A DNA stretch of 63,346 nt, filler included, from Choristocarpus tenellus KU-1152 (Eukaryota > Protista > Phaeophyceae): assembly GCA_964200185.2 (NCBI GenBank). It is 12 parts of 12 records of this genome, joined end to end, with 100 filler letters (N's around TTAATTAATTAA, not from the genome) between each part and the next. Parts side by side here need not be neighbours in the genome. Positions count along the whole stretch, not along the records: positions 46,390 to 49,034 come from CAXNAD020026006.1; positions 49,135 to 57,347 come from CAXNAD020004986.1; positions 57,448 to 60,082 come from CAXNAD020026079.1; positions 60,183 to 63,346 come from CAXNAD020021846.1; 8 more parts are not named here. One strand, given 5' to 3'. Of the stretch, positions 48,301-62,150 are shown one piece after another. Within the stretch, counting starts at the first letter, position 1, and each line of letters starts with the position of its first letter. The position numbers were made by a program, and so were the translations under genes. The notes beneath the pieces are model-generated. The model was not told the origin of the DNA and did not search any database. It was given only the letters and a program-made list of their open reading frames with translations.

Positions 48301-48724
48301 GCATCGTAATGAGCACTGTAATTTATCAAACTGACAGTACTGTATACATATGACACTTTTACTGCTGTGCAAGGGGTGGTGTAGATGTGGTGCTTGCTGC
48401 ACCACCACAACTTCATCAAAATGGGCTCATTGAGGGCAATGTCCAACACATATCTACATGTAACTACTCTTGAAGGCACGTGGGAAGTACACAGAGCAAG
48501 GGCGTTGCTCTGTCGTCGTTCTGGGACTAGTAAAAAGTGCCTACGAGTGCTGTTGTTCGATATAACTCTCTTATCACGATCCCTCCGTTTAAGAGAAAAG
48601 CGCTTTAAACATAGTAAGAGGGGATCAAGGTATAAGAGAGTTTTTTTTTCGCTTGCCCCTACCCTCTCTTATATAGGTACACCCTCTGTACTCCGAACAC
48701 TTACTGTACATGTACAATATATAT

Positions 48725-49034
48725 GTGGACACTAGTCATGCTCATACCTGCCCTAGGGCAGGGGGACAGGCCCTCCAACACACACCAATGATGAAGCGTC
48801 TAGGTCAACTCTGCAAAGGAATGGGCTTCCCTTGCACTATGGAGGACGGTAGCCCATTCACAGTGGACCGAAATTTCCGCATGGGGTCTGGTCTTCCACC
48901 TCCTGGGGCACTTGCGGACACTGGATCAGCCCCCTACCCGTACAAGACCTCCTGGATGCCACAATTTGCAGAAATGCAAGCAGTCTCCCATCTACCCCAC
49001 TCATCCAACATCAATGGTGTTGCTGCTGCTGCAG
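48725..49034 (+). mobile_element. Second fragment of the CRE-like non-LTR family (zinc knuckle/RLE region)
   Basis: VDTSHAHTCPRAGGQ..QHTPM.K.L.QLCKGM..PCTMEDGSPFTVDR..RM...GALADT..APY aligns with 17845-18152. Confidence 0.85.
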
Positions 49035-49958
49035 NNNNNNNNNNNNNNNNNNNNNNNNNNNNNNNNNNNNNNNNNNNNTTAATTAATTAANNNNNNNNNN
49101 NNNNNNNNNNNNNNNNNNNNNNNNNNNNNNNNNNCCCCCCCCCAACCGCCATTGCTCCACCCCCTCCCTCAAATTTCAAGGTGGATTTACCCTCAATGGT
49201 GCTCCATAATAATATAATAATAATAATATAATATTAATAATAATGAACTGTTGCAACCTTCGTTCTCAGTGGTCTGGCAGTATAGTTGTTCAGCAACGGA
49301 GAGATAAGATAGGTAGGATAGATAGATGGGTACCAACTCAGTACAGGTGAAACCTCCTCTAAAGCACTTCCCATGCAGACTTAATATCGTTGAAACCGGA
49401 GCTGCACCCATGAAAACAGTCTGGGTGTCCACGGTGTTGGAACTTCCAAAATTTGAGAACTGAATGCTGTTGTCAACCATTGAGCCACAAGGGCGCACAT
49501 ACCTTTCCACTGGCTTCATTGCAGGTACCATGCGACATGTCTGTCCCATGGGCAGCAGCTATTGGGGTCCACTCTCTTGTGTGGCGGAGGTGGTGTTGAG
49601 ATGGATGCGTTTACCAGGAAAATAGTACATATATATATTATTAAAACATTTCTTTTTGTACGAATACGTTCAAATCTCGATTGCAAGTAACCACCGCATG
49701 CCCCCCTGCAGCAATCGGTCTACGAAAGTCTTTTTTTTTTATCAATTAATAAATGCTGATATCGTTCCCTATGGGTGTCAAAATGTACACCTACTAGTGA
49801 TTGGAAGGCGGTTTCTCTCCTCTTTCAAACTCATCGGCAGTACAAATCTGAAACACACACTGCAAGACACAACTACAATAAAATAAAAATGACCCTCTTT
49901 TTAACGATCAAATCACAAGCAAGTACATGCACATAGTAGGCGGGGGGTGTCCCCCCAC

Positions 49959-52900
49959 CTGATCAAATCAATTTTCAAAGGACGATCGCCGCGCTTCTTG
50001 GCCTTCCTTATGCATGCCCGGAGCTTGGTCACACCAGCCATTTTTTCTTCCATATCCTGCTTGAAGGGTACGTCTCCTGAAGGAACAAGGAGAGTAGAGA
50101 GAGAGAGGGAGAGAGAGAGAGAGAGGGGTAGTGTTGACATGGTACATGCTTGACAACAACATATCTGGGAGGGGGGGGTATGGCATTAACTTCTCAATCA
50201 TTCTTCAGGGTTAGGGGTAGTACTGCTGTCATTTTCTACTCCATTTTCAACACATCTTGTGTCCTTACTATGTCCACAACACGGCCACCCTTCAACCCTC
50301 CGAAACGTCCTATCCTTCCTATATACACATAAATACATACACATAATATATATACATACATATATATGGAGTGTTAACAATTTTCACATTCCCACGTTGA
50401 ATGAAGTAAAGACATTTTTGCTTTAGTTTGTGCCATGACGTTGTGCTACATCAACATAAGACCCCATCAAGACTCAACACCAACCACTGTATGACACACA
50501 TCTCACAGTGTGCACACACACACAACACACCAATACTGCCATTATTACCATTACTACTGTTATTACTTCTTCCTCTCCTCCTCTGTTGGGTGTTGTTTCA
50601 AACCGTTTGCAAGGGCGAGAAAAGTAAACATTGCTTGGAAGGCGTTTCTTTTTGGCCTTGCGAAGGGCAACGCAGAACACATACATATTTGTGTGTATAT
50701 GTATAGACTACGTCAGGTTTTGCAGACATTTTAGGGTATAACCTTCACACGCCCACTGGATTTTGGGAGATCCCCATCAAACACAACTGAAAATCTGACA
50801 TCATTTATTGCATTTATGTATGTATATATATACACATACATATTCAAATTTATTTATATTTATTTCACAAACTTGTAAGAAACAGAGAGATTTTTATTAT
50901 TATTTTTTTATCATTGTTGATGTCGGTCTGTGAACGGCCCCAGATCCAAGGTACAAAAAAAAAAAAGTAGTCACAAAGGAAGCAACACACAACACACAAC
51001 ACACGGCTACACAGCTACACAAAAGACTTGATACAAAAAAAGTGAGTCAGTCCAAAGCGTTCAGAGCTTGTAATGTGGAGAGAGAGAGAGAGAGAGAGAG
51101 AGGTCAACACAAGGAAGACACACACATCAAGTACGATCCAGAGTTTGATAAATCTATTGCGTGGGGTGAGAGGCAAGACACGTGTTATGAAGAACAGGTA
51201 AGAACAGGTATGACACCTGCGAGAAGTACTTCAAGAGACATCTATTACATACAGTAGATTACATACAGAACATCTATTACATACAGTAGATTACATACAG
51301 AACATCTATTACATACAGTAGATTACATACAGAACATCTATTACATACAGTAGATTACATACAGAACATCTATTACATACAGTAGATCACATACAGAACA
51401 TCTATTACATACAGTAGATTACATACAGAACATCTATTACATACAGTAGATTACATACAGAACATCTATTACATACAGTAGATTACGTACAGAACATCTA
51501 TTACATACGTACGGTAGATCTATTACATACAGCATGCCAACGTTCACCGCATACACTGCAGATCCTCTTTCATTGAGTGCAATACTACTTCTGGGCCATG
51601 GGTGTTATATATGTGTATATATGCACGGAAATCGAGGTTTATGTGTATATATATTTTTATTCTTATGTTGTTTTGTTCCTGGAGAGTGCATCCATCGTCA
51701 CTCCCACAAGAGCAAACAGTTGTATCATGTTTCCATCATACTTCACATCATACTTACAACATCTTAAATCATATTTACACCATCAATGCCTCATTGATCC
51801 CTCTTGGTGAGAGATGTCCAAGAGCTGGACTGCTCTCAAGTCTAAAGTTAAGTACCTCCTACTATCTGGGTGTACACATATATCAAAGATATGTATGTTG
51901 TAACATAAAAGTAACACAATTTTCAGTCGATGGAATCAATATGAAAATGACAAGAAATACTCTTAAATGATAAGAAATCGGTAGGTTTTGCAAGCATGAA
52001 AATAAATGTCATATTTATTAAATTTATGTCAACCCAATGAATCGATTGCAGGAAACAATAAAGTTAATACATACAGTTAGTGCATACAATAAATATACAA
52101 GCTAATAGTACAGAAAATACCTACAGTTACTGCATATGGTTAATACATACAGTAAATACATACAGATCGTTAATGGTACATAGTCATACTAGCCAGGGAT
52201 GAGGTGCAAGCTGTACATGCAACAACCAAGAACATGTTAAAGACACATACAACAACCAAGAACATGTTAAAGACACATACCCCGCATGAATCAAACGTTT
52301 AAAAGCGTGAGTCAGATGACAGATGAGTCAGATGACACCTATGTCGACACACTCTTTTCTCATTTTTTTTATTGACATGCTCTTGTCTTATTCAAGCTCA
52401 TCTCCATGTTACGTTTTTTTTTGTTCTCCCCTGGAGTGTGCAAGTTGATCCAGTACATTCTCATACACTTTTATTTATTTTTTAAATAAAGCAGGTCAAT
52501 TCGCATAGTGCTGAGGGAATTAATAAAAAGCGGTTATGTAATTTTTTCTTGTTTTTTCTTTTTTGTGAAATTATGTTCAGGACACAAGCAAGACCCACTA
52601 CGTATTATTAAATATTCCAAAATTCAAAACAATAGTAATTTGTGTGTGTGTGTGTGTGTGTGTGTGTATGAGGTTATGACGTGAACATGCCCATCGGAAG
52701 AAGGGGGTGTAAAACATCTCAGTAGTAGAAAAAAAAATAGTAGTTAAAAAAAAAAAAATCGAGACGATTTCACACTCCTTCCTCTGGGCGAGAGATTCGA
52801 CTCAGCGAACTTATCATCGGCATTTTTTATTTATTTTATTCTATTTTATTGAACTATTACTTTTTCCTGTTGTGGGTGCAAATTGTCTACTCAAGTCTTC

Positions 52901-53306
52901 TGGCAATGGAGTAATGCAGTAAACACCAATACTAATATTTTTTCTCTTTTTTTTTTGTCTTTCTTTCTTTCTTTCTTTCTCCACTGTCCTCTCACCAATA
53001 TCCTCCCCCCCCCAAAAAAAAACTAAACTAACCTGTTTGGTACTTAAAAATCCATGAGCTAATGGTCCTGGACACTGGCTCCCGCAGAAGCACCAAGAAT
53101 TTCAAGTCCTTCGACAACGCCTGTCCATAGATACGTCGTATTCGGTACGGGACCTCTGGGAAGGTGACATAATGAGGTGTGTCTGTAGAGGGTTAGGGAG
53201 TGCAAATGCGCATGGAGAGAGATGAGGGAGGGAGGGGGGGGGGGGGGGGGGGGGGGGGCTGTTTTTTTTTCTGGGAGCAGAGTTCGGCCCCCCACCTTNN
53301 NNNNNN

Positions 53307-53365
<59 letters not shown>

Positions 53366-54369
53366 TGGTGGCACTCTTCTTTCTATCTGCACAGAATGTC
53401 TGCCCATCAATCTTGGCTTGGGTTGTGTAGCTTCAATCAAAAGCAATTTGTGTATTGTTGGGACCAGGGTTATGGTGAGCCAAAGTATCTTAGAGGGTAC
53501 AGCCGTGTCCATTTAGGGTACAGTCGTGTCCATTTGGGGGCCGAAATCCAACATTGCGATTTTTTGATATAATTCTTGCTATCATATTAATTTCAAAGTG
53601 TCAATATCCTTGTTCCGGACACACCTTTTCATGACGTATACATTTTACCTACTCCTGAACATTTTGGAGTAGGTAAAACGTCATAAAAAAGCATGGGAAG
53701 CCAAGCCCCAAATGGACAAACAGGGAAAAACTCGTATCCTCTGAGATACTCTCACTCGGCGTATTGTTGGGGTAAGGGTTATGGTGTATGTGGAGAAACA
53801 AGAAGAAGAAGAAGAAGAAGAAAAAGGGACTGCTGTTCATGCAGGGAGGAGGAAGTGGCTTGGTGGGGGGGGGTGGGAGCATTCACCAGGAGGCGCACCA
53901 AACGACAGAAATAACTCGTAGGTCTATGCCCCTCACAACACAGAAGCATGTACCTGTCGGCTTACTCTTGGGGTGCTCATAGACATAAGCAACGCAAGTA
54001 TGGTTGAATGTATCGAGCAGGAACAATTTCTCTCGATACAGGAGTTTTCCTCATTCAACAGGGCCAGTAGTATGCAAATAATTGGGGGAGGGGGGGGGAG
54101 AGGTGGGGGTCACATTCAACACTTTCACAGGAAGGCCACAAGTCCATGCACTCACAATCCATGACTACATCCACCGGACTCGCAATGGGCAGAGCACTTT
54201 TCATCCTCTCCAGGGCATCCTCAAGGCGCTCCAGAATGGACTCCTTGTTGTGTGCACTGTAGTCAAGGATGTGAGCCTCGCTGCTCTTGTCCGGATGAAC
54301 CGGAAATACAGAGTGTACACGTGGGTGGTGCTGAATCCATTTGAAAATAGATGATGTGCCTGGAACAAG

Positions 54370-54402
<33 letters not shown>

Positions 54403-55629
54403 ACCCCACCCCACCCCACCCCACCCCACCCCAAACAAAACAGTGTAACAGAAGAAATCAAGCAAGATTATGATGGAGAAGCAATTCACTTCAGTAGATA
54501 CATCGTGCACACAAAGATAGGGAGTGCAGAAGGTTAGAACTGGAGAGGGCGAGTGTTTAGGAGGGATTCATTTCTCCGGTAATATCTATCAGGTGTTGAC
54601 CACTAGCATCTTGCATTGGTGGTTGTGTAGCAAGTGTTACATTGTTCTTAAGTTTCAGTCATTATAAAGCAAAGATTGGTAGATTTTTCCAGTCGATAAA
54701 GTCTCACCCCACACACAACCACCTACCTAGTACGCTTTCCAACTCTGCTCGCCTGCTCCAACATCGTTAGGGTGCCAAACTCACGCTGCCCTGAGTTACA
54801 GGAGGTTTTACTACTTCTATGATAAAAACAAACGACAAATTACAGCTAATAGTTAGATCACTGGAGCGGAAATTGACGTTCACTCTATCAACCGGTAACG
54901 CCACAGAAAAAGGAGCACACAATTGTGTTTGTGCAACACTTCCAAGAAAAAGGCATCCAGTGCTGCAGTCGGTGAAATGCCGACATTTGTAAGGGCGAGG
55001 GACCGTCGAACCGTGGATTCCACTCCATAGCCACAAGTTCTGTTTTAGAACTAGGGACTTTGTCTGCTCCAAGGTTCTCCGTGACCAAAGGATGAGTTAG
55101 CCTTCTTAGGTTGTTGGCAGCGGGAATAGGTGATTATTGGTTGACACTCATGGTGCTCATAAGCGAAGTTTGTTTCAACCTCTGTAACTGGCACAAGCAC
55201 ATGCGAATGTGGTATTATTTTGAAGTGTGCTATTTTGATCTAAAGAGATTCCGTATCCTATACAACGGCTAGGTCACTCGCACCAACTATACCGAAATGC
55301 ATTGGGAGAGGCAAGTAGTACAGCTGTCTCAACCTCTGATATCATGCACTCCTTATGCTACCTACGCACCACATTTGGAGACACCAATAAAGAACACGTT
55401 CGGGAAGCACCGTTTGTCCCCCGCAGAGTCCACGAAGCAACGAGATCCGTCAAGGGCGCCAGTTCCTCGAGAAGACTTTTTCTCCGAAATGGGTGGCCTC
55501 TTGAGTGCTCGTTCAAGCGGGGTGCTGTCAGGATCTTTAGTTGGAATGGAGGCGATGTTTGATATCCTCACGAGGAAGATCATGCATAGATAGGTCGAGA
55601 ACTGCCTGACTGCGGTCTGTTTTGACACC
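49959..55629 (-). CDS. PAPS-dependent sulfotransferase (heparan-sulfate O-sulfotransferase-like fold), partial
   Basis: Exons ~55629-55370 (...RCFPNVFFIGVSKCG), 54359-54156 (TSSIFKWIQHHPRV...EAHILD...VVMD), 53182-53033 (YTPHY..FPEVPYRIRRIYG...LKFLVLLREPVSRTISSW) and 50076-49959 join in frame. The 5'-PSB motif KCGTSS and the 3'-PB motif LREP.SR.ISS are present. Start codon and 3' exons uncertain. Confidence 0.85.
51238..51532. repeat. Minisatellite, 32-bp unit, 8 full copies plus a partial one, intronic
   Basis: ACATCTATTACATACAGTAGATTACATACAGA repeated almost perfectly. Confidence 0.95.
53477..53757. mobile_element. Complete 281-bp MITE of the CAAAGTATCT family in a sulfotransferase intron
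   Basis: Left gagccaaagtatcttagagggtac...gtgtccatttgggg; right ccccaaatggaca...gtatcctctgagatactctcactc; internal hairpin ttttacctactcc/ggagtaggtaaaa; the 3' half matches 57601-57752. Confidence 0.8.
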
Positions 55630-57447
55630 CTTCAGGATAAAACGGGACAAGTTGTTGGGGAAGACGCTAGCTCCTTAAAGAATCATGGGTCTCTTGTTGG
55701 AAAGAAAAGTATGTTCACCAACTATTCGAGACATACCCAATGGAGGACCATCGTCCACCTTTGGATTGTGGGTTGAAGTTGTCAATCAGTTTATGCGATC
55801 ATTTTGTTCTGGCTTGAAGTCAATGACCTGCTCACATTGCGCATATGTTCTTGTTTCTCGATTCAAAGGATGTTGTGTAAGGTATCATGATTCAATGCTC
55901 GGTCTGTCCCATCCAGTAAAAGGAGTCTTCACAGCCCCAAGTGGTGTTTTGATGGGATTGGATAGCGAAAGTTTGAAGTTGAAATTTAAACTGTAGAATC
56001 ATTCTCATTTTTTTGATGTAATACACGAGCAGAACAATAAATTTGGTTCTTGGAATCTGTGGATGTTGATGTGTGGTAGATGGGAATCAGGTGTGAAAGC
56101 ATCTCACTCTGGACCCCCACTTCAGATTATCTACGTTGTGCCTTGAGAGAGGACAATGCGGGGGTGTAGATTGGTATGAATAATAATATAGAAATAGTGC
56201 TGTAAGTAAGGGGGTTGTGGTCTCAAATTCGTTGAACTCGAGGGTATGAGAGGATCCACATAGCCCAGTGAACATGCCATCAACCAGCCTCTCACATGCC
56301 TTCACTGTGACACACACTCACCCATCCCCACCCTCTTAGTAGTGAGGCAATTCCTCGCGTAAATATTGCTACTACAGTTCATATTCACCTTTTCTCCCTA
56401 CACATCATCCCAGACCAGAATCTGTACCCACCCACCTCACCCCACAGGTCAGGGTAACCCCTTACCCCACCTTCCAACCCACACTCAGCATCCCTGACTC
56501 TGACTCGGAGCCAGACCTGCCCCCATCATTTGACTCTCCAGTCCCCAAACCCTGACCCCCTTGACACACTTCCCCACCCCTCCCGATGCCACATACAACA
56601 ACACATTTGACTGGATTACACCGAACAGTGCAGCCCCCCTCTTTTTAGACACTGTCGGTTTCCCACGAAACACCTCTTCTTTCACACGCCCATGAGGATG
56701 GGGGGACCATGTGTTTGTGCTTCACCAAGCCCTCTCAGTAACGCAGGGGGATAATGCTTTAGTTTTGCCAGATTCGTTCATACTGGGAGTTCACCCTTGA
56801 GGGGGTCGCATACATACCCTCCCACGACAAAGACTAACCTCCTGACATATATTTGCTCAGAAGTGACTGAAATTAGGAAGTGGGCAGTGCATAGCTGCAA
56901 TTTCCCCCATACTGGAAACCACTTCCTACCTTTCCCCCTAACCCCATCTTACCTCCCCCCACCTTCCCCCAGTCCAGGCACCGGATAATCCAGACCCACC
57001 CCCACATTAATGCCTGTCATGTGGGTTTGTACCCCAAGTGTTTTTTTCTATCATTCAACGAGTCCATATGGAGATCCCAGAGCGAACAAACAGAAGTATG
57101 GTAGAAGTCCCTGACAGGCTTCACATTACCCGTGTGATTGCCCTCCTGCACACAGTGGATCTCATGGTGCATGAAGTGACCCCCCACAGGCAGAGACAGG
57201 GACCCACTCATTAGGACCTGCTAGCTCATCCAAGGTCCTCTCACCTGGTTTCTAGCCTTCTACCGTCCTACAATGGAAAGTTCTTAAGGGAGGAAGGTTC
57301 ACCCATTTAGCACTAAGGAACGTACAGACCCAAAGTATCTGGGAGGGNNNNNNNNNNNNNNNNNNNNNNNNNNNNNNNNNNNNNNNNNNNNTTAATTAAT
57401 TAANNNNNNNNNNNNNNNNNNNNNNNNNNNNNNNNNNNNNNNNNNNN

Positions 57448-57752
57448 GTTCTACCCGAGGTGTCCATTTGGGGCATAACCAGGAAAAGTGAACTTACATT
57501 ATCCATCCGACGTATGCTACCAAATCACCCAAAAAATGCGACATGGAAGAAATTGGACCCAAAAGAACAGCCATCACCCTCCCCCAGATACTTTGAGCCA
57601 TCCTTGTTTCAGACACACCTTTTCATAACGTGCACATATTACATACTCCGAAACATTTTGGCGTAGGTAAAATGTCATTAAAACCCCGTGGGAAGCCAAG
57701 CCCCAAATGGACAAACAGGGAAATACTCGTACGCCCTAAGATACTTTCACTC
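57448..57752. mobile_element. CAAAGTATCT-family MITE ends (one right end at 57599 followed by the 3' half of another copy)
   Basis: 57601-57752 is similar to 53608-53757; cccccagatactttgagcc at 57581-57599. Confidence 0.75.
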
Positions 57753-60559
57753 TGAAGGGGACTTGATAAAATATTCTTCCTCATGATTCGCCTGCTCCCA
57801 TCCTGAAGTGCTGTTAACTTCCATGAGGATGCTGTGATTGTACAAGAGGGTACAATTATTTGTGGTCCGATCTAGTATGAAATTTTTCCCGGGTGTTAGG
57901 TGCTCATGTGCCGGAAGGCAAGCACAGAGATCTCTCACACTCAGCGACACCCCCCTCGAGGAGAAGAAGGCTGTGACTTGGATCCATTATTTATTTCGTG
58001 TATATCTAGGTAGGAAGCTATTGCCCCTACAGTAAGATGTGAATCAGTAGGTACTGAAACTCTGATGACACACCCTCACACAACCTATTTCAGAACCTGC
58101 CCATCTCATTCTGTGAAAAGTGTTGAAGGCGAAGATGATACTAAAACTATTGATAGGGAAGCGAAAGTATGGGCAGACAGAATGACTTCATGCTGTAAGG
58201 ATTCCGATTATGATTGATGCAGAGCTAACACCACCAGTTTGCTCATCGTTTCATGTCCTTTGCCTCATTGCCAAAATCGTGGTCAGGTTGGTCTACAACC
58301 TTCAGGACTGTTGGGAATTTGTTACAAGCGTGGTCAGCATGGCTAGCACAATGTTAAGGCCATCCGGTCTAGTATGGCCTTCACACACCTAAGTGTCAAG
58401 TTCTTATTGGGAGTGCCATCCTTATTGTTAACAGTGGAGGATGGTGAGTCGCTGTCTTGTAAAAAGCTGTACATGATAGATTGTGGTCATTGTGAGGTTC
58501 GACCCAATATAAATTAGAGCAACAGTTTTTATCTGATTGTTGTATATGGTAGATGTATTTGGGGAGCAGGTGCACCCAATGGATAGTACAAGGAGGTAGT
58601 CTTGGTTAAGACCTGCCTAACTAACTGGTCTGAAACCCCCACTTACACATATTTGAAGTATATTGCAGTTTTGCTTCTACTGACGTGACCTAGCAGTTGT
58701 TACTGTCCAAAATGGGTTCCTACCACTACTCAATAATTGAGCCAAATGAATTGAGAGGTAGGCAGGTTCGGACCCGTTTGCATTCTAGGCCATCTTTCTT
58801 ACCCTGTATATTACTCTATTTCGTTGCTTTATGTGCACAATTGTGTACCCAAAATTGACATTCCCTCTTTCCGCACACAAAAGTAACATCACATTTCAGC
58901 AAACGCTCTTTTTACGATTGTACGACATTGCGTAATTTTGCCCTTTCTTGGGATCCTTCATGCAACCTTTCCTACCTTTCAAGTGGCTTGTCTCGTTTCC
59001 AGTGTATCCCCTGTTGTGGACAAGAAATGTTATATCATGTTTTTATTTTCCAGTATATAGTAGCAAGAACTTACAGTACTTCCACAAAACAATTGGTTGC
59101 ACCCAGCCAAGGTTGGCCGGCGCCCTACAAGCATCATGGCGGGCAGCCAGGCAGCCACAAGAGAGTCACGCCCAATAGTAACACCTTCGCATCTTTGCGG
59201 AAATCTCTTTTCACCCCCTATCCTATAATGGATCGTAAATCTTAGTTGAATATTCAACAGTGAGTGGCACAAAGACAAAATTATGTAAATCTTTTGAACG
59301 TTGGATGGTACATACCAATACTTTCAGAAAACGTAATTTTCTACCTAAAAAAAGGGAAAAATCTCGTTCACCAGGAAGATTTTATTTTCCCTATCATGGC
59401 ATGACGTTAATCCAATTCCGGTCACAGAACATCCTGGCATAGAAGACATAATCATACTACTTACAGGGGGGGTCACAGCAAGAACCCTTTTTTTGAAGGC
59501 ACTCAAGGGTTGCAACAGCAGGCACTTGCCATCTTTGGTTGTATTGAGTCTTCCAAGTGTGTCCTACACTCTGCATGGTATGATACGCAGAAACTGCTCG
59601 TTGTTGCTTGCTGAAGGCCAATATTACAATGCCTCATTACAATAACAAAGGTAATCCAAGCAAACATACACACACAAGAGCAGCAATAATGTGTTTAATT
59701 CGAATGCTTGCGATTTAATACTATACACATTATTATCGGCTAAATTATTTGGATGTGCTCATTTGTCATAATCATGCATTGCTTCATTCTCCCTTCTAAC
59801 GCAAAGTCAAGAACTTGCACATGGGCTGCCCAATCAGCAACCCCCCCATTTTGTCTACTCAGAGCTTGTTGCTAGGAGACAAGACAAGTAGCTGGAGCTC
59901 TTATTTAGAGTATACAAAATTCCCTTACGGTTATGACCGTGAATAATACCCCCCTCATTTTCCCCTTCACCCTTGCCACCTATCTCCTTCATTTTCATCT
60001 CGAAGGCGTCCATGTCCTCCCCCCCCACCTCCCCCCCCCCCCCCCCTCCACCACCCCATACACACTACCCCCCCCCCCCCCCNNNNNNNNNNNNNNNNNN
60101 NNNNNNNNNNNNNNNNNNNNNNNNNNTTAATTAATTAANNNNNNNNNNNNNNNNNNNNNNNNNNNNNNNNNNNNNNNNNNNNACAAATGGCATAGGAGTC
60201 TCTCCAACGTTTCCAATAGAAGCTGACTCCCAACCCCAGCAGCTCCTAGTGGTAGCACAGTATCAACATCCTACATTTTTATCAACTACAGTGAAAGAAA
60301 CCAACTGACTGGTAGGCAGGGTTGCATTTTAACGATCCTGAGAAAGGGAAACAACGCCATTTTATACAATCGCAGAAAGAGCCTTTGCTTAATGCGGGTG
60401 TCATTTTGTGCGAAGAAAGGAGGAATATCAATTTTGCGTACACTGTTGTAGATACGAAGCAAGTAGATAGAGCGTATTGCACAAGGTAAGAACGTTGGCT
60501 TAGAATGCAGAAGAGTCCAAACCTGCTTACCTCTCAATTGATCTGGCTCAGAAGTATTC

Positions 60560-62150
60560 GGTATCCTGCTAGTGGAGTACACTATGTCTAAACCATGGAA
60601 GAAGTGAACATCAAGTAAGCACACAGGGTGCAGGGTTGGCGACCAACGAGACATACACAGGCAGTGTGTAAAGGGTACCATGCAGAGTAGATGATTGTTG
60701 TTGCTTCCAAGCCTTACAATAATATCTTGTAGGTGGACACACTACACAACATCCGTCTTTTGGATGAGTCCCCCCCCATTGCTTAGGACACACCCCTTTC
60801 ACAATATCGCTCAACATTTTTTGGGGGTTCTTCTACAATTCTGTCTCCACCCCCACCAATTCACTCAAGAAAGTACACCACTATGGTGCCTTTGTGTATC
60901 TATCCATCGTCGACAGACACCACCCTCAACCAAGACAATAAATACCTAGTCACGGGGGAGGTAATGTCAAGTGCCAACAAGACAAGGGGTGGATGCAGGG
61001 ATATATGTCGCTAAACCTCCTTTGTAGGTGGATACACTTTCAATTACGGTCCACTTGTAGCTTTTGGCCACCTTTTTGAAGAAAAATGATACACGGAGTA
61101 TATCTCCAGCATCAGATGTGGATAGCCAGACCCATTTCTTCCGTGTTTTCACTCTCCACACCTTATATCTATCACGTTATCAGAGTTAATCAAACTGAGA
61201 AATTGGACCAACCCAGACTCGCTGTTCAACCTTTGCACACAAGACTGCTACGGATCTGATCACAAGTATGTGAAGTTGTTAACTTGACTTGAGCAATGAT
61301 GACAAGTGAAGCAAGTAAGCACAAATAGAAGTTTCCCTGACTTGAAGGATCATAAATGCGATGCATCTCTCTCTGTGAAACCACAAATACATAGTGTTCT
61401 CGACACTTCAAATTATAACCAATACCTAGCCCAGGGGAAACATTTCACCAACACAACCAACACCAAGCAGAACTATGATGGGTTGAACGCTCATGACTCC
61501 CTTGTGATTTAGCAACATATCGCATGCGCACCCCCTAAACAGATGATGCATGACTTGTTATGCAAGTTCATTACGCCTACTCGGCAAATGAATCACACCC
61601 AAAAGAGGAGAAAAGTTGCTTTTAGGAAAATGCGAAGGGAAGGGGAACAGGGTGCTTCAGAGAAGCAACATGAACGGCCTAACCACAAGTAAGTGAAAGG
61701 CAACGGTAGGATCAAAAAGTGCTGGCTGTGGCAACCATGGAGCCCTAGTATGGATGCACATCCAGGAGGATTATGCAGAACATTCACATTAATTATGGTT
61801 TGTAGTATGCCTCTACCTATCGAGAGTAAGAACACCCGGCTGCAGCCAATCCCCAAATTTCACACCTTACATCTCGATCATCAGTCTGCATCACCGTGAT
61901 ATGTTTGCTTGGTTGCTTGGTCAACCAACACTTGGTCAAATGTATAATCCAGTCACTTCTTTTCTTCCGTGGTTTGCCAGATTTTCTTGGCGATAGGACA
62001 TGACCGACACCATATACATTTACTACTTACAAAGAAATCACATACACATTGCCATTGACGTCATGCTGTATCATGTTACCAAAAATAGTTGTTGGAACAT
62101 TGAAGAAGTTTCTTGATGAGCCTGAAATTGCAGTAGTAAAATGGTCACAA
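60560..62150 (-). mobile_element. Possible decayed piggyBac-like transposase
   Basis: Minus-strand remnants in the expected order: KP.K/GVK segment, CDQIRS (cf. D..DQ.R), TRKKW.W, and a C-terminal Cys-rich tail KDGCCVVC..TRYYCKA...LHPVC...FFH. Frameshifted. Confidence 0.45.

Noticed and set aside
50743-50786. Possible small extra sulfotransferase exon
   Set aside because: With the obvious donor its phase conflicts with the next exon, and the flanking exons join without it.
51238-51532. CRISPR-like regular 32-bp repeats
   Set aside because: No unique spacers, no cas genes, eukaryotic intron context; it is a minisatellite.
53222-53363. Poly-Gly/poly-Pro ORFs from long G runs
   Set aside because: Homopolymer tracts next to an internal N gap, likely inflated by sequencing or assembly; intronic.
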